A DNA stretch of 64,000 nucleotides from Epiperipatus broadwayi (lineage: Eukaryota > Animalia > Onychophora). The notes beneath the pieces were generated by a model. That model did not search any database, had not been told where the DNA came from, and saw only the letters and a program-made list of their open reading frames with translations. Made by a program: the position numbers and the translations under genes. Below are positions 41,341 through 52,915 of this stretch, piece by piece (the first letter of the stretch is position 1; every line of letters begins with the position of its first letter). The stretch is taken from the NCBI GenBank assembly GCA_028023455.1, contig JAQFVV010000010.1:15438001-15502000 (forward strand), given 5' to 3'.

Positions 41341-42404
41341 CCCTATGTTTTCCCGAAAATAAGATTAACCAAAAAATAAGCACTAGTCTGATTTTTGAAG
41401 ATGCTTATAATATGTCTTATTCCAAGTATAAGCCTTAGTTACGATCGGTAACCCATAGACAACTTGTTTGCCCGTTGAAACATACGATGGATGTATTGAA
41501 TTGTAATGAATGTATTATCAAACATTAATGCTTTAAATAAATGGTAATATAAATTATATGGTTCTTTTATATTTTCCTGCCGACCATTTTCGACAAACAT
41601 AATTCTACCTATATAGAGAAACAGTTTATCTATCACAAGTCAGTATATCGGACAATTTATAATTTCTTTTATATATTTTTGGGTATTTATTTTATTTAAT
41701 AGATTTAGAATGCTTGATTTAGCTGTAAAGTTTGGATTTTTTAAATCTTTTTTTTTTCCTTCCTGAAAGACTTTATTAAAATAACTGAAATGATTTTAAA
41801 AATCGAAGTTTAGCTTAAATTAAATCGGATTCTTTTTCTCCTAAAAAAAAGTTTTTAAAAAGAATATCCAAGCAGGGTTATTAAAAGTAATTTGGAAAGT
41901 GTTTACAATTTGGTACTTGATAATGAATGGACGTAATTGTGTCATATATGAATCTTCTTAAGTCAATATGTTGTATGAGCATACTTGATGTGCATGTGTG
42001 AAATAAAAACATTTTCTGAATTCTTATGCATGCTTTTTTTTTTCATTCTTTTTGTGAAGACAAACTATTCTTAAATGTAATCATTTTTATTACCACTCCT
42101 GTTTCTTAAGTCATCGTTTAATACTTGATTTAATGGTAAATTTAAACGGAATAATATTTTGATCACCAGATGAGTGCAAAAAGAAAGAGTTATTCTGGCG
42201 AGTACAAGAAAGGAATTATAGGAAGTTCCTGGACATAAGATTCTTCGAGGTTTCTATAAAGAGAATAAGTATCTGAATAAGTGTACATTTTTATACTTGT
42301 AATGTACATAAAAAAGTAAGACCTCATCTGAAAATAAACACTACAGTGTTTTTTGGAGCAAAATTAATATAAGACCGAGTCTTATTTTCAGGGAAACACA
42401 GGAG
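41341..42404. mobile_element. Tc1/mariner superfamily (pogo-like) non-autonomous element
   Basis: Ends CCCTATGTTTTCCCGAAAATAAGA / TCTTATTTTCAGGGAAACACAGG with TA flanks. Confidence 0.7.
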
Positions 42405-43168
42405 TATTAACTTTTAAACACCAATAATGAATATTTGAAATATTTCTGTAGTAAATCTTATATTTCTGATATTTCCTGGGTTTTTTAATTAAGTAATAAT
42501 GTACCATTTTTTTTTATATATTTAATGGCTATAAAGCAATATCTTTTAGAAAAACATGTTCGTCAATCACCTATTGTTGAGACTGATTTTCAATGCTGTT
42601 TTTTCATTCTGGTCGACATTATCTTGTTACATATATTTTTTTGCCATTGTGCTTATATCTTCTGTTTTATTATCAGTTATTGTTAGAAATGCTTTTAAAG
42701 AATTTTTCTTACTAAATGATATTTATTTTCTCTTTCTTTTTTTTTTTTTAGCAATTTCTTCATTTTTCAGCATCAGATTTGTATGTTTGATTCATGGCTA
42801 AAATATTAAAAATTATTTTAGAAAGTTTATTTCATCTATAAATTTGTACCAATAGATAAAATATTAAAAGTAAAAGAAGCTATACATTACAGTAGTCTTG
42901 TTTTTAAATTTTTCATGTATTTATGTGTTGAACATTGTACATTCAATAATTATTAGCCACAAAATTAAAAATTAATTTAAAACTTCAAATCATCAATGAA
43001 TGGTAAGATATCTTACTAACTTATTTTTATCTCACTTTAGCAGATGTGAAACTGTGAAATTCTTTGTTTTGTGATGAACCGTTGCTATGTATACATAAAT
43101 TTTGTGTTACACACAAAAAAAAGTAAAAATAAAAATAAGATTCTCAAAAAAAAAAAAGTAAGAAAATA

Positions 43169-44284
43169 CATCCGGGTCTCTTTTTGTGCAGACTTTTTTA
43201 ATGCAATTTTGAAGTTATGCAGTTCATGTTTTTTCTTAATATCTTTTTATGCGGTCTTTTTTAATGCAATAAAGCGATTCATATTTCACTTAAAATTGGG
43301 ATTTCCCCGTTTTATATACACACGTTAAATTTTACATACTTTAAATGCCTGTTGGAAAAAGGTTTGGCAATAAATTTAGATATTGTAGAAGATTTAGAAA
43401 AAGATAATGAAACAGAAGTGGAACCTGTTCGTTTCACAACAAAAATGATTCAAGAAAGTCTCCAACTTTCTAATCAATTGGAAAATCATTTTAATTGTTA
43501 ATGACACAAATTATTAACTAAATTCCAACAAGAGCTAAATAGTTGTGTGTGTGTTTATATTTTCTTTTATACACATATATACATGGAGAAACTTTTAGAC
43601 AGAAAAAAGTTACAACTAAAAATATTTATAAACTTTTACTTGTTAAAAGTTTTTAAATAATTTTACTTGTAACTTTTTTCTGTCTAAAAGTATCTCCATG
43701 TATGTATGTGTATAAAAGAAAATTTAACCATTAGTCATTCTCTAAGAACTAGACATAGCAGTCTGGATATCGCGAGCTTCATAAACAATTCGTAAAATCA
43801 TTGTCTCAAAGTTTAATTACCAATTACATTGTTGACAGAAAACCATTAACACAGAGACTGAAGTTGGTGCTAATTGTATTTTTTCTTGTGACGAATCTGA
43901 TGTCTTACTTGTTCACAAACGAACTACATATTGTCAAATAGTGATAATGATTAAAATATGTATGAAAAAATGTAAAATAAATTACACATAAAAATATATT
44001 GTTTTGAATAAAATTAAATAATTAATAAAAAAAGTAAAAAAAGTTTATCTTGTATCAATTTTTTTCAAATATATGAAATTTTTTATTAGTCGTACTTTAT
44101 TTCCCTTTTTTTTTTTTATGCAAATTTTAAAGTAATTTTATCTTGTTGCTTTGATTTTATGCAATTTTCGAAAATTACGGACATATCCCACATTTTTCAA
44201 GGTAAGTTAAGTCTATTTTTATGTGATTTTTTTAATGCAGGTTTTCTGTGGAACCTATCTACTGCATAAAAAGAGACCCAAGTG
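43169..44284 (+). mobile_element. Second copy of the 19394-20260 Tigger/pogo-type element, with an internal insertion
   Basis: Same TIR (CATCCGGGTCTCTTTTTG / CATAAAAAGAGACCCAAGTG), TA flanks, colinear body. Confidence 0.88.
43559..43723. repeat. Palindromic insertion (about 57-bp arms) nested in the Tigger-type element
   Basis: 43559-43615 mirrors 43667-43723; absent from the 19.4-kb copy. Confidence 0.85.
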
Positions 44285-47056
44285 TATTTCATTTATTTAA
44301 ATAAGAAAATAGAAATTTGACTTAATGAAAAGCTTTTTTTTTTTTTCTACAACTGATTAATTGTCACAATGCTTATTGGTGCCACAAATGGTGCTTTTTT
44401 AGACCATTTTTTAAATAATTTTTGAAATTAAATATGAGATTGTTTGCTTATTTTTATTGATCTCTCAATTATATACTTCAATGTTATATTCGAGAATTTA
44501 GAAGCAGATTTATTTTGTAACAATCTAATTTTATATAATTATATTTTATTAATAATTAAATATTTATTCAACTTTTGTGTTCGTGTTTAAAAAATGCACC
44601 ATATATATTGCATGCATATCAGAATTAAAATAAAAGAAACATATTGATATTATGACTGTATAAGTATAGTATATGTAATAGGCTTATCTTATATAATTTT
44701 TTCTTGTTATTTGTAATTCACAAGTTTTCTGTCACTCGTGAAATAATTTTTACTGTAGAAGTCACTAATAATAGTTTTGTAATACTTATATATAATCATA
44801 ATCCCAAAATGCTGATGTTTCAGTTTTAAGTCGATATAGACATAATACTTATTCACAGGTGTTAAGAGATGATCTATATTTAGTTGTTATGTCATGTAAC
44901 GTGCGATTATTTGGTAGTATGTGGCTTAAATATAAAATAATAATTTCTGGTTGTACACAGGGAGTAATTCTAAGAAAAAGGAAATGACTCACTTTTTCAT
45001 AGTAATAAAATGAAAAATGATATTTGAATACTGATCATCAGATATTAAATTATTATACAGTATAAATTTTTATAGCTGTTTGGAGTTTCATGTCTTACAG
45101 GGCTTGAGGCAGGTACCTTATATGCCTAATAGTAAATCCCCCACTGTATATGTGTATTTTTTATTTTGTAATAATGTTTTCTGGTAATCATGGAAATATA
45201 GTTGAAGTTTTTAAATCATAAGGGTCCAGACTAATGGTATTTTTCTTGCATATACTTTAAAATTTTAAAAATGCTTATATCATTGCAATATTTAATGAGA
45301 ATTGGATTTTTTTTTTATCTTGTTCTAACAAATTTGATCTTGAAAAGGCTGTTGATAGGTCAAACAATCAAAAAATGTTTGAAGACAAAAATATTCTTTA
45401 AGAAAAATAGATAATATAAAACAAATGTATTTTTTTTTTAATATTAATTTAGATAAGTTGAAAGAAAATCTTTTCTCTAATACTCATTATTTTTTTTTGC
45501 GTAATAATAGGATTGCTTATGATTTGTGAAGCCACTTAATTATTTGATATTTACTTAATATTGTAAAATTGAATTTTAATCTTTGTATCACTTAGAAGAA
45601 TTAATATATATTACATTAAAGCTAAAATATTCGGTATCCACATATATAGAATCCTCCCTCATTACTGATGAAAGCTGTATCATATTAATTATATTTTTAT
45701 AATCAGCACATCATACTCATCTGATCTCTGGATACATATCTTCATCTAAGAATAGCTTGTTAACAATTTTTCAAACAATAATTTCATGTTTAATTGAATT
45801 GGCTATAAGCCAACAATTTTAAAAAAAATTTTTTTTTGGCAGCTAATCCAGATAATTACCTAATTATCATCAGTAAAAGAATTCTAACGATTCTTAGTTG
45901 GAGGATAATAATCTAGGTTAGTCTGTTAAATATCATTATATTGATGTGTATTCATCATTGATAAGAGATGTGTCATGCTTCTATGAGTACTTATATCCAT
46001 ATCTCATTACATTGAAATAATTAAAATATATAGTTATACTAGCAAATAATGATAGAGTATTATTACTTGCTTTTAGTAGTACCCTATTTTCTAGACCAAG
46101 GATGAACAATCTTTGACAAAGTTTGGCATTGCAATAATCAAGTAAAGTTTTAATCATTTTTTTATCACTAATTAGAGAAATTATTTGTAGACATGTAGAA
46201 TATATAAGTGTAATGGATTTTTTTTTAAAATAAAATAGAATCTTTTTAAGAATACAATAAATATACTTATTTTGTAAGGATAAAATTTGCATCAAATATA
46301 TATTGACTTAAAATTGTGTTTTATCTAAGAAGTAATTAAGATAAATCATCTTTATATAGTTCATATGTTCAGTGTCTTAGAATTAATGTTTGGTTTTATA
46401 TTTTTAGGCCATTATGTAACTGAGATCAGAAAGAACAAAACCAAATAATTCTATTTATTAGAAATCATGACCAGAGAGGAGCCGGGGGCAAACATAACTA
46501 ATATTATGAATCATATTAAAAGCCTTCATATTTATATTGAATGTTAGTACAGACTTTAACCTACATATATTTGAAGAAAAAAAACTAGACAATTTAGTAG
46601 GGATAAAGAATTTCCAACATGGTTCCAGCAAGTAATGCTCTCTTGTACATTGTATATTAGTTAAAAGAATTCCTGATCCAACAATTTTTCATTCATTATT
46701 TTAGATCCTCAGTTCTAATGGACTAGTCAGCAAAGAAAGAAGCTCATCGTTATTTTTATTTCTGGGGCCATTTGAAAGTGCAAATATATGTGAGAAAATA
46801 TTTGGGCATGTTATTCCATAACTTCTAAAATCAATTATTATAGGTTGACAGGGTAAAATGATTAAATTGTCAATAATGATGGATACACAGAATAAATACT
46901 GTAAATTTAAAAGCTTTTTTTTTTTAATATGATCCATTATTTTTATATAAGAATTTTTATTAAATAACTAATCTGTTCTACTCTAGTTTTGCAATCTTGG
47001 GCATACCAAGAGAAATAGACAGAGATCATATGATGTGTTGTTAATAATTTTTATTA

Positions 47057-47481
47057 AACCACTAAGCATCACATGATCACATTTTCTATACTAGCACATT
47101 AATTGTTGATAAACAGGGCAAAACTCTCCATACAGTAGTGCCACCTGTGCTAAACAGAGTAATCAATGGATGCCAGAAAGCTTGTGCATTAAATCCCTAT
47201 CTATTGAAAATATTTTTTGTGTTTTCAATTTCATTCTCATAGTTTTGTAGTTAAGTAGAGATAAAAGGTGGTTGCTAGAGGGTTGCATTAGATCCTAAGA
47301 TCTAGATGCAGTGCTCTCAGATCCAAAGCTCCTCACTGACGAAGGCCACAAGCCAGAAACTAGTCTGGGGATATTGGATGAGTAGGCATTAGATAGGGAT
47401 TTTATGCACAAGCCTTCTGGCATCCATTGATTATTCTGTTTAGCACAGGTGGCAATATTGTATGGAGAGTTTTGCTCTGTT
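47057..47481. mobile_element. Family B hammerhead-containing pLTR-like element, inverted configuration
   Basis: About 47112-47202 mirrors about 47391-47481. Perfect 12-bp TSD TAATTTTTATTA (47045-47056, 47482-47493). Near-identical to 59235-60121. Confidence 0.9.
47330..47371 (+). ncRNA. Minimal type I hammerhead ribozyme motif
   Basis: TCCTCA-CTGACGA-AGGCCACAAGCCA-GAAAC-TA-GTC-TGGGGA: 6-bp stem I, core CUGACGA/GAAA/GUC, 3-bp stem II, palindromic ACUAGU stem III. Predicted cut after C47365. Confidence 0.8.
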
Positions 47482-47631
47482 TAATTTTTATTATTAATAT
47501 TTTAACGTAAATTGATTGAATAATTTTTTTGAATTGGAAATCTGATTTATCTTTAGTAAATATTAGTAGGCAAAGAATTTCTTTAATCTTTATTAATATA
47601 TATTTTTTAACTTTGTGTAATAGATCTAGCC

Positions 47632-47931
47632 CAGGGGTTGCCAAACTTTTTTGATCATAGACCCCTATATAATTTTTCGAAATCTCCATCGACCCCCCAA
47701 AAAAAGTAATTTTCAGTTAATTAAAATAACTATCTATTAGGTACTGTGTTTGTACATTTATTTTATGATTGTAAACATTTATTAAATAATTTTACATTGT
47801 GTAACAATAGTTTTATGAAAAATATGTGTGATTTGCATATTAAGAATTGTTTTTCCTTCGACCCCCAATCGACCCCTACTTTTGTTAAATAGACCCCTGG
47901 AGGTCTATATAGACCACTTTGGTGACCTCTG
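47632..47931. mobile_element. hAT MITE, 300 bp
   Basis: TIR CAGGGGTTGCCAAA / TTTGGTGACCTCTG; perfect TSD ATCTAGCC. Confidence 0.9.
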
Positions 47932-48085
47932 ATCTAGCCAATAATGACTTATCTATATTGGCCACATAAGAAAAATTAAATTCTACTTACAGTCAAATAT
48001 AGTCATAACTTAAGTTAATATTCATAGTTGTGATACATTTCAAGATTTTAGCTATTAATCTCGTACATTTATTACAAATAATAGT

Positions 48086-48585
48086 AATAGTTAAACAGCA
48101 TTAAACTGTTGCACATGAGCTTTGCAGATTTTAACTATAAATGACTGAATACTAACACTTCAAACACATGATAAAGTCTTTGGGAAAAGATAGAATGGCC
48201 ATCTATCTTTTCGAATCCAAACGCTTTTGTATGGGCAAATAATTGATTTATTTACATACATTTAATTTCAAATAAGAATGATGTATCGTAAATTCTAGTA
48301 ATTTTCACCAGCGTCATTCATTCAAGCATGTAAAAGTAATTTAAAGTGATTATTTAATATCTTCACGCTTTCACTTTCAGACACTTAAGATTTGCCCATA
48401 CAAAAATGTTTGGGTTCGAAAAGATAGATGGCCATTCTATCTTTCCCCAAAGACTTTATCATGTGTTTGAAGTGTTAGTATTCAGTCATTTATAGTTAAA
48501 ATCTGCAAAGCACATGTGCAACAGCCTAATGCTGTTTAACTATTACAGTTTATAAACATCGCGCTATATAAAATAATTGATTTAT
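48086..48585. mobile_element. Family C foldback element, second copy
   Basis: About 155-bp mirrored arms, one-sided GCGCTATATAAAATAATTG tail, perfect 14-bp TSD TTACAAATAATAGT (48072-48085, 48586-48599). Confidence 0.88.
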
Positions 48586-48904
48586 TTACAAATAATAGTG
48601 TAAAAAACAAAATTAAATGTTAATTAGGTCAGACAGCAAACCATGTTTTGTCCAAGATTTTAATTTTCTTTTCATGATTATATATTTTTTTCTTTCCTTA
48701 GAACTTGCCACATGACATACATGTTAACATGTGGCTAAGATCCTAAATTTGTATTTGGGCAAAAATTTTATTATATATTTTTATTTTTGAGAATAATTTT
48801 GCCACTATTATTAAATAGCAATTTTCAGGGAACATTTTAACATCATTTTATAAAATTGCTTATTTGATTTTTATTTCACTAAGAATGTCTCTATACATAT
48901 GATG

Positions 48905-49420
48905 AAAGGAACCTTGGTATTGGTCATGTTGGTTGGATAATTGTTGCTATTTTCTTAAGAGATAGTGTTTGAGTAGTTTATTTTGTTATGATGATGATGT
49001 TTAGAATTGTGTTTTATTTAAAGGGAATTATATATATTAATCAGATATTTGTTTATTTTTCTAGATTTGAAATTGAATTATTTTATTAAGAATATTATCT
49101 TTAGGATGTTTCTCTTATTTTAGAGGATTTTTTCCTAAGATTGTTGTATTTAAATGTGGTGATAAGAAAGGGAGAGAGGTTATTAGTATTAGTGATACTA
49201 ATAGGAATATTGGTTGGATTATATACTATTATATTCGGTTAATATATGTTGGGTAATGTTTAAGTGTATAAGACTTTTGTAAGTAGTAAATGTAAAGAAA
49301 AATATGATTTTAAATTGGTGGTTAAATGTTTTGGTATTAGTAATGTTATTTATTATTCCGATTGGAATAATTTGGTTTTATTGCGATGAATATTTACTAC
49401 TAATCATAAGGATATTGGGA
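48905..49420 (+). pseudogene. NUMT: mitochondrial ND2 3' half joined to the COI 5' end
   Basis: Invertebrate mitochondrial code gives GIGHVGWM (48916-48939), LSLG..GFFPK and YYIR for ND2, and TTG-RWMFTTNHKDIG (49381-49419) for COI. Strong G+T skew; frameshifted. Confidence 0.88.
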
Positions 49421-49744
49421 TGAAATATTGAATTCAAAAGAAAAAGATGAATCACTATTATCACTCATATGCTAAGGAATAGAACATTTACATTTTAAGA
49501 TTATAGATTTTTGATAATGTTGTAATTTGTTAATAAAATAATAAAATGTGTCTTCATTTTCAATGAATTTAAAAAAACATTGGCATTTTGAAATTTTAAT
49601 GCAATTAAAATAACTTTAATTCAGCTCCAAGGGTTTGGGAACTGCGACACTTTCTTATTTAATAATTACTATATTACAGTTCACTAAACTATTTTTTTAA
49701 TGCTTTGAAAGCACATATTTAAAAAAAATAATAAACATAATACA

Positions 49745-50775
49745 TATAAATCAATAATTATTTATACAGCACAGTATCTATCTATAAGTATTTAGAAAGA
49801 AATTAATCTTTCCACATGCGCTGTTTAATTTTGAATGTATGAATTTACATGCACTAACCCGTAAATAAGTTTTAAACAAAGAAATAAATCGCTTATCCTT
49901 AGAGTTTGTCCATATACAACCCAACTCTAATTATGCTTAATTCAGGGGTTATATTCTATTGTACATGTCTTTATATTTCAAGTGACAAATGAATTGTACA
50001 AACTTAATTCATATATTACAAGAAAAAGTTTCTCATTTTTAATCACCTGCAATTTTAAGCATATATTAATTTATAATATATATAAATCAATAATTATTTG
50101 CTTATACAGCACAATACATGTGTGATGGTTAATTTTCTTCTGAATACTTACATAATTATCAATTTATATATATTCTAAATTAATATACACTTAAAATTGT
50201 AGATCATTAAAAATAAGAATCTTCTGTAATATATGAATTAAGTTTGTACAATTTGTTTGTCAATTGAAATATCAGACATACAAAACAATCAAGCCCTGAA
50301 TTAAGCATGGTAAGTAAGAATTGGCTTATATATGGATATGCTCTAAAGACAAATGATTTATATTGCTTATAATACATCTTTCATATACACTTCAATGCAA
50401 ACAAATTTTCTTAAAAAACTTCTTTATTGTCCTTACTGTTTTGACTGTCCATCAGTCTTTGTCAGAGCTTTTTTTTTTTTTAAAGTAGAGGAGGTTTAAA
50501 AAGCTCTAATGAAGATTGCTGGACAGTCGAAACTGTAAGGAAAATAAAGAAGTTTTTTAAGAAAATTTGTTTGATTGAAATGTATATGAAAGAAGTATTA
50601 TAAGCAATATATATATGAAGAAATGCAAAGAAAGTAAAAGAGAAGAATAAGAGAATATATTTCTGACAAGTGATTTACTTGTTTTTTTAAAACTTCTTTC
50701 TTATGGGTGAGTGCACATAATTTATACAATCAAAATTAAACAGCATATGTGAAGGTTAATTTTCTTTTGAATACT
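49745..50775. mobile_element. Family E foldback element (about 333-bp partial tandem plus inversion) interrupted by a nested element
   Basis: About 49786-50075 mirrors about 50170-50360 plus 50665-50775. Perfect 13-bp TSD TAAACATAATACA (49732-49744, 50776-50788). Confidence 0.82.
50361..50664. mobile_element. Nested foldback element with two decayed hammerhead motifs
   Basis: About 100-bp diverging arms, about 50-nt tail on the right arm, TSD GACAA(A/G)TGATTTA (50348-50360, 50665-50677). Motifs at 50431-50468 (-) and 50503-50540 (+). Confidence 0.82.
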
Positions 50776-52797
50776 TAAACATAATACAATAAATGAACAT
50801 AAACATACATTTTAAAATAAAATTAAAGCTTATTCATGAGTGCAAAGTTTATATTTTGTCTTTGATTTAAATAAAAATTTATTTGCTATAGAATGTCGAA
50901 AATTAAAAACTAGTAAAAAAAAAGTTGATGGCTTGGTGGAACTCATCTCTAAATCAATTGACATTAAGTTTGTAATTGGTTTAAAAATAGTTTCACTGAG
51001 TGATTAGGAAGATAAACTTATTGTTTTAATTATATAAAATAAATGTATTTATACATGGCATATATTAAAATTTATAATATGTATTATGTTATTGTTGAAA
51101 TTATTCTTAATCCAGAAAGACCCAGAAGTCAAAGGTATTGGATTAGTGGTATTGCCCCTGTAATGTAATGTTTTTAAAGAAGTGCACTTAACTGCCTGTA
51201 GTTTCAGTCTTAATGAATATTTTATTTAAGTATTAATGCTATATCCATCAGACATCGGGGAATCTTTTGATATATCATGCACATTATGCTATTATTAATG
51301 TTTGGTACATGTAAATTTTTTGCTTCATATTTAAAAAAACAATGGTTACTTGAAATTTCTGCATTTCTGATTTTTTTGTTTGTTTCTTATTTTAAGAATA
51401 AAACAGTGTTACCAAAGTTAAAATGATTTATCAACAAACTGATTTGTAAAGAAAAGTAATAATGTTCATGAAGCAGTATTTAATTAATCTTTTTAATGTA
51501 ATAGTTCACAAATGTTGAACTAGTGGTTTTTTTTCCTCTCCCTATTGTGAATTAGTAAAATATGAATTCATTAAATATTGTGTTAATAATTACAAATTTA
51601 TTTCAGGAGCTTTAAATTCTAAATAATTTGAATTAAATTGCAAACAAATTTGTAAATAATGGCAATATTTTTCTGAGATGAGAAATAAACAGTTGTGAAA
51701 GCAAAGAAGTTATATACTGTTTGTATACTTGTGTGTACTTATTTATGTATGTAATAACTACATACATACTTTAGTATGTCTGATGAAGTCTACACAAAGT
51801 TATTACAAATAAATAACGAAATGAAAATAGAATTATGATGTATATGTATAAAGGTTTAATCATTTTATTGGAAAAAAATTTATTACAATAAATGACATTT
51901 TTTGGTGCATGCTTTACTATATATTTCCAAATATTTAGTCACTCCATGCACATCATTATTAAGTAAAATGAATGTGATTAACTATCAAAGGTTTATCATA
52001 AATTGATATTAATGAAAGTTTTTTTATTAGAAGTTTTTTTATATGTATTTTTTACTATTTTTTAATAATAGACAATGAATTTTAATTGGATTATCTAATC
52101 ATAATGCGTTTCAGCATACATTTTATTGCTAATTTGTTTTCCATTTTGCTATCTCATTGCTATAAGTCATTATAGACTATTTTTCATATTTAATGACTAT
52201 GCCACTATGAACCCAGTCAACTTAATTAGTCTTTTAAAATTATGTTTGTGTTTCATTATTAACAAATTGATGTAGATGTCAGTCTGATTTCCATGTTATC
52301 ATTATTTTAAAGATAATTTGTTGAGCCTTTTATGAAAATAATAAGATGCCTTTATATCTTATTTTTATAATAGTATCCTATTACATAATTATACTGTTTT
52401 GGGGCAGAAAATTCAACATATGTACATTTTAGAAGAAGAAAAACATAAAATCAATTTTATTGCAAACAGTAAGACTTAGTTATATTGGGCAAAATTTCTC
52501 ATCAGCACACTTTGAATTTTAAAATTGCTTAAAATATTTTTATGAAAGATTAAAATTTAAAAAGATGAATATCCATTTAATAAGTTATTTAAATTGTTGG
52601 AACCTGCTTCCAACTTAAATGAGGGTTTTCAATAACTTTTTTAAAGCCAATATTTTTATATAGAATTTAATTAATCATTAATCTAATTTTTATTATTCTA
52701 AATTTTATTAATTTTATGTATATAAATTGTCAAAACTGTATTGTTATCTTTCAATATATATATATTATCTAATAATAAATACTTTTCTTTGCTTTAG

Positions 52798-52915
52798 GGT
52801 AGTCGAGATAACATGAGTATTGTTCTAGTCACTTTTCCAGGAGCACCTCAAATTTCTACTGATGCTGTTAAACGAGAAGCAGAACTTGAAGCCTATTTAG
52901 AAAAACGTGTAACAG
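52798..52915 (+). CDS. PPM1A: PPM1A/B coding exon 2 (118 nt): [39 protein letters not shown]
   Basis: Pyrimidine tract and TTTAG acceptor at 52793-52797, GTGAAT donor at 52916. In frame with exon 1 and supplies the conserved GSRDN motif. Confidence 0.96.

Larger units (their letters stand above)
11098..52797 (+). other. Intron (41,700 bp) between coding exons 1 and 2
   Basis: GT..AG boundaries join CLFK to GSRDN in frame. Confidence 0.9.

Noticed and set aside
48380-48450. CTTAAGA...GAAA...hairpin in family C as a hammerhead
   Set aside because: The core is CTTAAGA in both copies and no stem I can form.
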